Assembly (NCBI GenBank): GCA_937625935.1
Contig: OW569348.1
Location: forward strand, 1-64,000
DNA length: 64,000 nucleotides
Source: Tetramitus jugosus
Lineage: Eukaryota > Protista > Heterolobosea
Direction: 5' to 3'
Part shown: positions 54,350-64,000 of the stretch, one piece after another
How the letters are laid out: every line of letters begins with the position of its first letter
How positions within the stretch are numbered: position 1 is the first letter of the stretch
The notes under the pieces: model-generated
The model's database searches: none
Seen by the model: only the letters and a program-made list of their open reading frames with translations
Told to the model about the DNA's origin: nothing
Translations under genes and position numbers: made by a program

Positions 54350-55149
54350 AAACAAGTGTTTGTCTAAAAGAAATCATACCCAGTCAACATTCTGCTAAGA
54401 GAAGACCAAATTCTTGACTTGAACCAGAACTTGCCATCCAGATTAAAATTTTCCTGCTGGCTGACGAATGTCAATGTCAGAAAATCTTCGGAATAACCCC
54501 AAAAAATAGCTCAGACCCGCAAACCATATCCCCCTGCGCGTAAAGCCCAACGAACAATCCTCGCTTTCGCTGTCCGTGAAAAAAACAGCCAAAGCTCTTT
54601 TTTCAATCATCACCTCCAACATCTATCATCTTCAATCCCAAATTTCATATCACCCCACTTCACCACAACAACCTTCTTCTCTCCACAATCAAACTGTGTG
54701 TCATCGAGTCGTCATTCATTCTTCATTCAACCGAAAAAGCTCTCCCTCATTAGATACACCACAAAACAAGTTTTTTTTTTGAACTTTTTCGCGTCGCAAG
54801 CAAACAGCAAAAAACAAAGCAAAACTAAATTATTTCTTTCAGAAACCAGAAATTGTGTGAGAGAGCATCCAACCAGACAAACCCAACATCATCATCATCA
54901 ACAGAATTACTCTCACAAACAGAGTCACACTCAACACACAACAACAAAAAAAAACACGTGTGCGTTCACCTAGAGAGAGAAATACACGCACATCCAATCA
55001 CCAACAACAACAACAACAATATTTCCCATTTTATAAATAACTTATGGCACCTGTTTGAACAACACGACCAACAACAAACGACATACAACAACAAATAATA
55101 ACAAATAATAATAACAAATAATAATAACACAATTTCAAACAAACAAAGA

Positions 55150-55809
55150 ATGAATAATAACCACTCAACAACAACAACAACAACAACAACAAATAATAAT
55201 AACAATGTCTCAACAACAAATAACAACTCTTCAAATATTGTACATGGAAAAGAACGTAGAATTCTAGTCATTGGTTCTCGTTCAGTCGGAAAAACTGCAC
55301 TCACCATTCAATTCACCGAAGAACGGTACATTGACGATTATCATCCAACAATTGAGAGCACACACAAGAGATCATTCAAGCACAGAAACAAGGCATTTAC
55401 AGCAACCATTGTAGATACAGCAGGACAAGATGATTTAACCATTTTTCAACCCAGACACTCTATTGGTATTGATGGTTATGTTCTCGTGTACAGTATAACG
55501 AATCGAACCAGTTTCAAGAGAATTCGAGTGTTGAATGACAAGATTTTGAATGCGACGGCCAATGAAAAAATTCCGAGAATTATTGTCGGAGCAAAATGTG
55601 ATTTGGAGTCGCAACGAAAGGTCAAACTGGAGGAGGGTCAAGAGTTGGCACAAGAGTTGGGATGTCGGTATGTCGAGTGCAGTGCAAAGACCAATGTTCA
55701 TGTCTCGGATGTGTTTCATGTGTTGTTGGATCAGATTGAAGGCACGGAAGGATTGCCCATGGATGGACAGGGCAATCCTTCTAAGCCGGGTAGTTGTATC
55801 GTTCAATAA
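55150..55809 (+). CDS. RHEB: Rheb-family small GTPase
   Basis: G1 GSRSVGKT carries the Rheb-diagnostic Arg. Also YHPTIE, DTAGQD, ECSAK and CAAX CIVQ. Confidence 0.92.
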   Translation: MNNNHSTTTTTTTTNNNNNVSTTNNNSSNIVHGKERRILVIGSRSVGKTALTIQFTEERYIDDYHPTIESTHKRSFKHRNKAFTATIVDTAGQDDLTIFQPRHSIGIDGYVLVYSITNRTSFKRIRVLNDKILNATANEKIPRIIVGAKCDLESQRKVKLEEGQELAQELGCRYVECSAKTNVHVSDVFHVLLDQIEGTEGLPMDGQGNPSKPGSCIVQ

Positions 55810-56141
55810 TAACGTGCTACTGCTGCTGCTGCTGATTGATAGTTGTGCAGAATCAGACAACCCCCTACCTACCTTGATCCACATCATCACCATTACTTTT
55901 CCTTCGTACAGCAACCTTTTAACTCATCAGAATCATAAGAATACTAATACTAATAATAATAATATATGACGACTATAATGCAAAGATTGCATTCTTGTCA
56001 AAAAGTAAAACCCAACCCAGACGCATCTCAAACGATGCAAATTATGTGTATAAATGTGAATGACAATCTCATCCACCCAATCCCCCTATAGATAAAACAA
56101 CAACAATAACCTATTGTTTGAAACAGCTTCTCTATTTACTT

Positions 56142-57809
56142 TTAATTTTTCATCTTTTTTGGTTTTGGTTCGTTGGATTGATCCTTGCCCTTGGTCTTCC
56201 TCTTCTTCTTCTCTGACTTTCTCTTCTGACCCAGTGCTCGAATGGCAGTGTTGACAGCCACGTCTTCTTCATGATCGTCCACTGCAGAGTTCTCCAGTCC
56301 CTTCTCCACATCACTGACTCTCTTCTTTGCCATCTCGAGTGCCTGTGACACCGTATTTGTCAGAATCATCACGTCATCCTTGACTGTTGGGCACAACTCC
56401 ATCTTCTTCTCAACCAACTCTTCAATCTTCTGCAAGTACTCCACATCGTACTGTGTGCAGAATGTAATGGCACCACCAGACTTTCCAATACGTGCTGTTC
56501 TTCCCACACGATGCACATACTCCTTTGGACTGACTGGAATATCAAAATTAATGACCAGCTCGACCATTGGAATATCGAGACCTCTGCTCGCCACATCTGT
56601 AGCAATCAGAATAGGTCGATCACCACTGACAAACCTTCTCAAACAATGTGTTCGATCAGTGTCTTGCATGTGACCAGAGAGTGGAATCACGGGGAACTTG
56701 AGAGCTCTGAGCATGACACTCAGAACGAGGCACGTGACGTTTTGCGCGCAAAAGACGAGCACTCGTTTTCCCGCATTTTCATTCAGTAGATACGCAAGAT
56801 ACATTTCCTTGAATTTCTCCGGTATGAACAAATACTGTTGATTGAGTGTGGCAACAGTGGCATACTTGTTGCTTGAGATTTGAACCTTGACAGGGTCCTT
56901 GAGCTGAGCCTTCTCCAGTTTCTCCACCTTTTTGGTCATGGTGGCACTGAAGAGATAGGTGCGTCGAGTCTTGCTGCTACAAGCGGCAAAAATGAGCTGC
57001 AAATCAGTCTCAAACTCAGCACCAAGCATCTTATCAGCTTCATCCAACACAAGGAATTGTGTATTGTGGAGCTTGAAGCCCTTTGTGTTTCTCAAGTGCT
57101 CAGACACTCTTCCTGGTGTTCCCACCACTACATCCGCCTTTTTTGAAAGCTGTAGTTGCTGAACCGCCAATTTTGTTGTTTCACCTCCGCCTCCGACAAG
57201 TAACACCGACGATACTCCGATCTCTGAACCAATGGCCTTGACGTGTTGATGAATTTGAGTGGCGAGTTCTCTGGTGGGTGCCAAAATAAGTGCATTGAAA
57301 GGTGCGTTGCCCTGTCCAGTCTTTGCACGAACAATCAAATGATGCAAAACAGGTATCACAAAAGCAGCTGTTTTACCGGAGCCTGTCTCAGCAATACCAA
57401 TGATATCATTGCCCTGAATAGCAATAGGAATTGCTTCGGATTGGATCTTGGTTGGATTGGTGTAACCGAGCTTTGTGCATGTCTCGCACAACAATGGATC
57501 AAGTCCCAATGACTCAAATGTGGCACTCGTGTCAATCACATTGTTTGTTGGTTGTTGTTGTTCTTTTTGTTCGTTGTTGGCTTTTGAGTCATTGACCGTG
57601 GATTCCTTTTGTTGTTCTTGTTGTTGCTGTTGTTGTTGTTTTTGTTGTTCAAATTTGAATGACTTTTTGACGGTTTGTTGAGCAGGTTCACTGCTGCTCT
57701 TTGCTTTAGTTATTGTTTTAGTTGTTGTTGTTGGTGGTGGTGGTGCATTTTTGGTGTTGTTCCTCTTATCAGTTGAAACAGCACTCTTCTTATTGCCACT
57801 CTTCTTCAT
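56142..57809 (-). CDS. RRP3: DEAD-box RNA helicase RRP3/DDX47
   Basis: Motifs AETGSGKT, PTRELA, LDEAD, FSATMTKKVEKL, 'KYATVATLNQQYLFIP', TDVASRGLDIP and HRVGRTAR. Confidence 0.92.
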   Translation of the reverse strand: MKKSGNKKSAVSTDKRNNTKNAPPPPTTTTKTITKAKSSSEPAQQTVKKSFKFEQQKQQQQQQQEQQKESTVNDSKANNEQKEQQQPTNNVIDTSATFESLGLDPLLCETCTKLGYTNPTKIQSEAIPIAIQGNDIIGIAETGSGKTAAFVIPVLHHLIVRAKTGQGNAPFNALILAPTRELATQIHQHVKAIGSEIGVSSVLLVGGGGETTKLAVQQLQLSKKADVVVGTPGRVSEHLRNTKGFKLHNTQFLVLDEADKMLGAEFETDLQLIFAACSSKTRRTYLFSATMTKKVEKLEKAQLKDPVKVQISSNKYATVATLNQQYLFIPEKFKEMYLAYLLNENAGKRVLVFCAQNVTCLVLSVMLRALKFPVIPLSGHMQDTDRTHCLRRFVSGDRPILIATDVASRGLDIPMVELVINFDIPVSPKEYVHRVGRTARIGKSGGAITFCTQYDVEYLQKIEELVEKKMELCPTVKDDVMILTNTVSQALEMAKKRVSDVEKGLENSAVDDHEEDVAVNTAIRALGQKRKSEKKKRKTKGKDQSNEPKPKKMKN

Positions 57810-58159
57810 TTCCTTGATGTTTGTTTGTGTGAATGTTGTTGAAGCTCAACATGAAGAATTCATTTCCCCTCCACTGCTCAATGATTTCAGTGAAGGTCAG
57901 TCGGACCCTATATGTCGGGTAATCGGTTTATTCGTTGCAAAATCCTGTTTTTGACAAAATCCAGAAATTTTTTCTATGATTGAACTTTCATCCAAAATTC
58001 TGTTACAGAGCAAACACCGTTGCACTCCATGAGCCAATTTTTGATTTAAAAATTCTTGGAGCAATGGCCAAGCTCTGATCCACCACAACAACAAAACAAC
58101 TCAAGTTATCAAACCAAAAACTTACTACCCCAAGTAAATCAACAACAACTACATTAACA

Positions 58160-58615
58160 ATGGCCACCGACAAGAAGACTACTGAAAAGAAGAGCAAGGC
58201 AGCTGAGACCAAATCCAAGGAAGCAGGTGAGAAGAAGACTGCAAAGAGAGCAACCAAGAAGGACGCTGGTGAAGGTGAAGAAGGTGAGGGTGAGAAGAAG
58301 AGCAAGAAAAAGAAGAGACACGAATCCTACTCTACTTACATCTACAAGGTCTTGAGACAAGTTCACCAAGACATTGGTATCTCCAACAAGGCTATGGCTA
58401 TCATGAACTCTTTCATCAATGATATCTTTGAGAGAATTGCAGCTGAAGCAGCCAACTTGTGCAGAGTCAACAACGTCAAGACTTTGACTTCCCGAGAAAT
58501 CCAAACTGCTGTTAGATTGATCTTGCCTGGTGAGTTGGCCAAGCACGCTGTTTCTGAGGGAACCAAGGCTGTGACCAAGTACAACCAATCTGCCGGTAAG
58601 CCAGAGAAGAAGTAA
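58160..58615 (+). CDS. H2B: Histone H2B
   Basis: '[25 protein letters not shown]' and '[30 protein letters not shown]'. Confidence 0.99.
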   Translation: MATDKKTTEKKSKAAETKSKEAGEKKTAKRATKKDAGEGEEGEGEKKSKKKKRHESYSTYIYKVLRQVHQDIGISNKAMAIMNSFINDIFERIAAEAANLCRVNNVKTLTSREIQTAVRLILPGELAKHAVSEGTKAVTKYNQSAGKPEKK

Positions 58616-58944
58616 ATCTACTCTTGCTCTCAATTGCCCCCCAAACTAAGCCCATCTAGTGTGGCAGTGTGGTGCTAATTGGACACTTGCTGATCACACA
58701 AGGTGCTGTTCCACCATTCAACATTCCCCCCCTTTCAATAAGCGTATTTGGTGTTGCTTGTTCCTATATTCCATTGGGTCAATGTAACCTTTACACCTGT
58801 ACAAAAGCACAAACTTCCAACAATTTGCGAAATCCTAAACTGTAATAAAGAGAGTTTTGAAAATTATTTAACATCGATCACTTCTAATACTTTTTGATCA
58901 CCCACCACCTGTTTGCGCTTACTTCTTCTCCGACATCAAAAACA

Positions 58945-61212
58945 ATGAAAAGGAATCAACAACAAGATAAAGATGTCATATTCGATGAAGAGTTTGGTGA
59001 TGATGTGACGTCAATAACTGAGAATGATGCTGACAACATGTTGTCTGTTGTGCCCCATGACATGTCTGTTCATCTCCAACTTAAAGAACAATCCTTTATG
59101 CTTGATATTACACTACAGCTCACAAAGGGAGAATTCATTGATGATGTAGTGGAGAAACAGTTGATCAAAAAGCACCACATTGCATTGCACTACCGCCATA
59201 GCATTACACACGTTCTCAACAAGATGATTCAAGAGCAAGTGTGGCATATGGAGGCACAGAGATTCAGTGAACTGACTTCATTTTCTCATTTTTCAATGAA
59301 AGTATCGGATTACAAGTATTCAATCATCGAGCAAGAATCAAACAGCACGAATAGTGATGAAAAATCAACTGATGCCACTGTGAGCAGTGCTGTCACTTCT
59401 GTTGAGAGTGAGCCATTGGTTGATTCAAGAGAAATGATGATCATGACAAGTGAAGATTATTGGTCAGTAGATCCTTGGGACAATATAGTGATGATTCATT
59501 CACAGCAACAACATGGTAAGGATCATAATATGGCCTATCAATTCCATGAAATGTATCATCACTTGTTTCAGCATGGATCAATCGAGAATCATCTTCAATT
59601 AATTAAGATTGAACAACAGATGAATCTGATGTACCAGAGAAGAATGGTTGAGAAGGAGACTGATATTGCTCGATTGAGATACAAGCAATCAATGGATATG
59701 GAGCAATTATGTAATGAAGAGGAGGAAGAGCAAAGAGCGGAACATATTGTAAATAGTAGCAACGGAGACCCAAATGCTGAACAAGAAGATCAGCCAGAGA
59801 CACACAGAGATGTTTCCGAAATGGTTCAGAGTCAGATGCAAGACATGGAAAGCCTGGAGACGAAATGGAACAATCAACTGAGGGACTTGAAACGAGAATT
59901 GTCGAGACAATACGCGAAATTTGTAGCTGATTTGTTCTCTGATCAGTTTGAGAGTGAGGGTAGTGCGAGCAGTTTGCATAATGATGTTCTTATCACAAAA
60001 CCAAACGATTTTTCAACTGAGAGTATACTGAATGGTGAAATCACAGATAAGATGATTGTTAGTGAGCTAGAATCAATTCGAAATGCCTCATGTGTCACTC
60101 CAAATGACAGTGAGCTTACTCCAAGGACTGCAGCGAAAAGAAGCCGACAGCCATCGATTATTCGCAGTAATTCACCATCTTCCATCGATTTCTCAAAGTA
60201 CAGTGTATCATCCATATTTAATTATTTTCGGGAGGACAAAAAGATGAGTGTCAATTCAACATCGAATATCAATCAAAACGAGGATAAGAGGTCGACCAGA
60301 CTTGCAATGGCAGATATGGATACACCTACGTTCTTAATTGACAATAATATAATGTATTTTAGAGTGGACGAGCTTGATTTCAGAATTTATTTTGCTCATG
60401 TGGACCAAATGGCAGAATGCATGTGTCAAATTCATATCCCAACCGGCGATGAGAATCGAGCTGATGAGTGTAATTTAATTCAGAGATCTAGAACGAAGAG
60501 GAAACTTTACAATAATAGGATGAATGCTCTCGTGTTGACATGTCATCCTGTTGTCGATGAGCGCGAAGAACAAAGTGTAATTGATTCATTTGTTTGGAAT
60601 TCACAAGAGTTCTATCAGATACTTTTTGAAGCGACAGACAACTGTGCTCCAGAGTTGCATTTTGATGAACTCTCGACTCAACTAGATTACATATTGGAGG
60701 ATTACAATGAACTTGATACATCACGACTGGCAAACGACGATAGCGATGAAGACATTGGACGATTTTTCATTACGAAACACTCCAATCTCAGCAATATGCA
60801 ACTAATTTACCACATTGTGACAAACAACACTGAAGCTTCGTTGTTGAACAGCGAGGATGATTCCAACTTTTCGAGTCATGTCAAAAAAGTAATAGCTCAT
60901 TGTCTGGCCAATGGTGTTGTAACAATTGGTCTGCCCCTTCCATTGACCTTCTCCAATCATACATTGTCCACTTCCAGAAACGTAGCAACATCCTTGTACC
61001 AAATTGAGCAAATGATTCGAATGTGTTTTGCCAATAGTGAGAATCTATCATTACCAAAGTTGAGGCAGCTACGGAACATAATCTTTTTCTTGCCAAGGAA
61101 TGGTTCGTTCATGTCGGACAACAGTGCTTATGATCACAAGTTTAGATTGGATTGCAAGCAACTGATTGAGAAAATATTCAAGGGATATCAAGTATCTTCG
61201 AAGATAGATTGA
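58945..61212 (+). CDS. C12orf4/FERRY3 (DUF2362)-like protein
   Basis: Coiled coil with 'QSMDME', plus 'ELHFDELSTQL' and 'FFITKHSNLSNMQLIYHIV', resembling the conserved YITRHSNL motif. Confidence 0.75.
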   Translation: MKRNQQQDKDVIFDEEFGDDVTSITENDADNMLSVVPHDMSVHLQLKEQSFMLDITLQLTKGEFIDDVVEKQLIKKHHIALHYRHSITHVLNKMIQEQVWHMEAQRFSELTSFSHFSMKVSDYKYSIIEQESNSTNSDEKSTDATVSSAVTSVESEPLVDSREMMIMTSEDYWSVDPWDNIVMIHSQQQHGKDHNMAYQFHEMYHHLFQHGSIENHLQLIKIEQQMNLMYQRRMVEKETDIARLRYKQSMDMEQLCNEEEEEQRAEHIVNSSNGDPNAEQEDQPETHRDVSEMVQSQMQDMESLETKWNNQLRDLKRELSRQYAKFVADLFSDQFESEGSASSLHNDVLITKPNDFSTESILNGEITDKMIVSELESIRNASCVTPNDSELTPRTAAKRSRQPSIIRSNSPSSIDFSKYSVSSIFNYFREDKKMSVNSTSNINQNEDKRSTRLAMADMDTPTFLIDNNIMYFRVDELDFRIYFAHVDQMAECMCQIHIPTGDENRADECNLIQRSRTKRKLYNNRMNALVLTCHPVVDEREEQSVIDSFVWNSQEFYQILFEATDNCAPELHFDELSTQLDYILEDYNELDTSRLANDDSDEDIGRFFITKHSNLSNMQLIYHIVTNNTEASLLNSEDDSNFSSHVKKVIAHCLANGVVTIGLPLPLTFSNHTLSTSRNVATSLYQIEQMIRMCFANSENLSLPKLRQLRNIIFFLPRNGSFMSDNSAYDHKFRLDCKQLIEKIFKGYQVSSKID

Positions 61213-61423
61213 GTAATGACCGCAACCTTAACCACCCAATGGCCATTAGACCTAGCCACCGAACGTGTTGGGCGTGTGTGAAACATCCTCCGACTAAAAT
61301 AGCGTGCGCTTGTCTCAACAGATCGAAAAAAGCTTGCCATGTCTTTGCAGACACCCAGCAACAACAAACCATCAAAAAAACAAAATCAACAGCAACAGCA
61401 CGCTATCATTCTCGCCAGCCATC

Positions 61424-62278
61424 ATGTTGTCCAAATCATCTCGTTCCCTACTACGATCCTTCTCTCACTACCATCCTCAACAGCACTCGATCACCACCAC
61501 TGCCACTACCACTCTTCGTTTCTACTGCAGTGCTGCATCCAATGCATCTCGTAGTGCAGCTCTTTGTCGATCATCAGTGTTGATCAACAGCAATCAAGTG
61601 TTTGCATACGCAGCATCATCATCCTCGTCGTTACAACTCAGAAGCTACGCCAAGAATGACAAGAACAATAAAAAAGGCGGGAAATCTTCTGGTGGTGACG
61701 ATGAGGAAGGCGAAACGGTGCCAATCAAGTTTGATAGAAAGGACTTTGAGTCAAAGATGACAAAACACATTGAATTGTTCAAGAATGAGTTGACTACTGT
61801 GAGAACAGGCAGAGCCAATCCTCAACTCCTGGAAAACATAAAAATCAAGTTGGACGACGGAAGTTCTCCACCCCTCAAATCACTTGGCGCCATCGTAGTG
61901 AAAAATGCGCGCCTTTTGTCCATCAACGTCTTTGACCAGAAGAATGTCATGTTGATTATGAAGTCTGTGAGAGAGGAAGAGTTGGGTTTCAATCCACAAG
62001 CAAAGGCCAATGTAATTGATGTGCCAGTTCCAAAGATGACCATGGAAATTCGTGAAAGTGTGGTGAAGATGATGAAACGTAATGCAGAGAATGCAAAGGA
62101 GAGAATCAGAGGTGTGAGAAGAGATGGCATGAATGCCATCAAAAAGATTAAGAATGCACCAAAGGACGATGTGTTCAAGCTAGAGAAGGAGATGCAAATT
62201 GTGACAGACGAGTACATTAAGAAGATTGATGACTTGTTGGCCGCAAAGGAAAAGGAAATTTTGCAAAACTCTCAATAA
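61424..62278 (+). CDS. MRRF: Mitochondrial ribosome recycling factor
   Basis: Motifs 'VRTGRANPQLLE', 'LGFNPQ', 'IRGVRRD' and 'KEKEIL', with a Ser/Arg-rich presequence. Confidence 0.93.
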   Translation: MLSKSSRSLLRSFSHYHPQQHSITTTATTTLRFYCSAASNASRSAALCRSSVLINSNQVFAYAASSSSSLQLRSYAKNDKNNKKGGKSSGGDDEEGETVPIKFDRKDFESKMTKHIELFKNELTTVRTGRANPQLLENIKIKLDDGSSPPLKSLGAIVVKNARLLSINVFDQKNVMLIMKSVREEELGFNPQAKANVIDVPVPKMTMEIRESVVKMMKRNAENAKERIRGVRRDGMNAIKKIKNAPKDDVFKLEKEMQIVTDEYIKKIDDLLAAKEKEILQNSQ

Positions 62279-62493
62279 AACAAACTCTTACCACATGTGA
62301 TGCCAGTCAAAAACAGTAGTTTCCGGCGATTCATGAACCGTCGCAATAATACCATTCAACGAATCAATGCATTTTTCCGCATTTTAATTTCAAATGTCAT
62401 CTGGCCATTCGTCTTGTGTTGTTGATTGAGCTCAACAGTCATAAAAACAAACGACGACGAACGACATCAACAACATCAACAATATCCACCAAC

Positions 62494-63187
62494 AATGTAC
62501 GACAACGAAGGTGCTCTCGTTCTATCGACCAAACAAAAACGAATCCGATTGGCCATCTGTTGCTCTCTGTTCCTCGCGTTTGCATTCGTCATCTGTGTCA
62601 TCATTGTCATCTTGGTGTTGTTTATTCCACGTGCTCCAACCTTGAACATCGCAGCTGGTAATGTTCAAGTCGACTCGTTCAATATACAGTACTGTCCCAG
62701 TGCCGATGGAAACGACTGTTGTGCCGATATTAACACTTGTCAATTCGACGTGCTCAATGCGACAAATAGTTTGTCGTTTCATCAAGTGTTTTATGTCAAG
62801 GTCCAGAATCCAAATCTTCTCTACCTGAAAGTCAATAATATTCAAGTGACAGTGACATTGGATGGTGGTGAAGTTGCGAGTGGTACGATACCTGATCAGA
62901 GAGTGAAACAGAGGACGACTCAAGATTTAAAAGTGCCTGTTGACTGGGGAGCTGCCGTATTGAGTGAAAATTGGAAGAGTCTCATGTGCAAGTTGAGCGA
63001 TTCGGCGAATGCTGACAAGTCAGTGGAAGTAGGTGTGAAATTGTCCGCCAAGGTCAAGTACTTTGCTGTTCCGTTGAGAACGAGCTTCTCTACGGAGATG
63101 AGAATTATGGATTTGAAGACTCTTTGTGAAAAGATGCCCAACGGTTGTGCTATCACACCTACCTATAGGCCAACGATCTGTACATAA
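62494..63187 (+). CDS. Type II membrane protein with an LEA_2/WHy-like domain
   Basis: An N-terminal TM helix followed by 'PRAP' and 'VKVQNPN'. Confidence 0.7.
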
Positions 63188-63427
63188 TAAAAATGGAAAG
63201 CATGTGTTTTTTGAAGGTTTTCGTGTGACAGCGTTATGGCTGTATCTTGATAAATGGAAGGGATCTGTTATTCTATGCACAAAGCCAATCATTTTCCATT
63301 CCAAGCTCTGAAATCACACGTTGAAGAACCTCAATGTGCCAATACATCTGATCTGTCGTAGAACTAGAAACTTTTTTCTCCGCGTTCACTGAAATAATTG
63401 AACACACAAAACAAACAATTGAAAAAA

Positions 63428-64000
63428 ATGAAACGAAACCTTGATGGTAGGAATTGGGAGAAACAAGTTCTCGCAGAAAAGTTAAAATCACTCACTGATA
63501 AATCCAAGAACAACAAGCTTCTGTTCTCTCAGTTTGATGAAGCTTCATCTTTTCGCCCATTCGACAATAAGCGCCAAAAAAATTTCCGAAACGATGATCC
63601 CGCCAAAAATCTTTACGAAAAGTATGGTCACATGTGGAAGCGAAGTGCGCGCGACACTGAAGACAAGATTTTTGGATGGAATGGTGGCGGTCAAGACAAT
63701 CAACAACATGGTGAACAACAAGAGGAAGACGAAGAGGATGCCTTCTTCTTGGATCCCACAAAGGAAACACACAAAAAAGTGTTAGCTCAAAACCAAAAGC
63801 TTGTCAAGCAAGATTTCAAGTCTTTCCATTCCTATAGGTCATCCAACAGGCAACAAACACAAGAGCTACAGCAACAAGAACAAAAGCCAAATCAACAGCA
63901 TAAGCGCTTTGACAAACCAGGAACGAGTGATGCATCCACTCCATCGTCATCAGTGTCTTCATCTGCTGCGACAACCGTGACGAATACCTTCATGCCCTAC
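63428..64000 (+). CDS. Hypothetical protein, 5' portion (runs off the window)
   Basis: An open frame from ATG 63428 (MKRNLDGRNWEKQ...) to the window end with no stop codon. Confidence 0.6.
   Translation, partial: MKRNLDGRNWEKQVLAEKLKSLTDKSKNNKLLFSQFDEASSFRPFDNKRQKNFRNDDPAKNLYEKYGHMWKRSARDTEDKIFGWNGGGQDNQQHGEQQEEDEEDAFFLDPTKETHKKVLAQNQKLVKQDFKSFHSYRSSNRQQTQELQQQEQKPNQQHKRFDKPGTSDASTPSSSVSSSAATTVTNTFMPY

Noticed and set aside
54850-55230. ORFs and repeats in the (CAA/TAA)-rich stretch upstream of Rheb
   Set aside because: This is low-complexity microsatellite-like UTR and poly-Asn/Thr sequence, and the overlapping ORFs are compositional artefacts.
22870-62278. Functional cluster of RNA/translation genes (ABCE1, POP1, eIF3d, DUS2, RRP3, RRF) linked to the RdRP
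   Set aside because: These are common housekeeping genes interspersed with unrelated ones in a compact genome, with no evidence of co-regulation.

Overview
This window is the left end of a chromosome from a gene-dense microbial eukaryote. It uses the standard genetic code and has few, short GT(A/T)(A/T)GT...CTAAC...AG introns. Gene content (countin-like protein, LRR protein, RGS-like/GTPase fusion, cyclase) suggests a Naegleria-like heterolobosean, which is an inference. From the end inward: ~735 bp of (CCCAAA)n telomere, then a ~10 kb subtelomeric block of decayed transposons (tyrosine recombinase, MULE, two piggyBac-like, CACTA) with a 39-bp palindromic repeat array and an interstitial telomere tract. 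A core of conserved genes follows from ~18 kb: aguB-like amidase, ABCE1, CCT3, POP1, CK1, eIF3d, DUS2, ES1, FMO, MOB1, tRNA-Met, Sec39/NBAS, Rheb, RRP3, H2B, C12orf4-like and RRF. The standout is 10813-17870 (minus strand). Three separate ORF calls reassemble into one ~2350-aa RNA-silencing protein: RIG-I-CTD-like Zn domain, RIG-I/Dicer-type DExD/H helicase, eukaryotic RdRP, Cid1/TUTase-type nucleotidyltransferase, KH-like domain and an unknown C-terminal domain. A ~300-bp internal RdRP segment is inverted between 7-bp inverted repeats. All calls come from visual motif recognition; no database searches were run.
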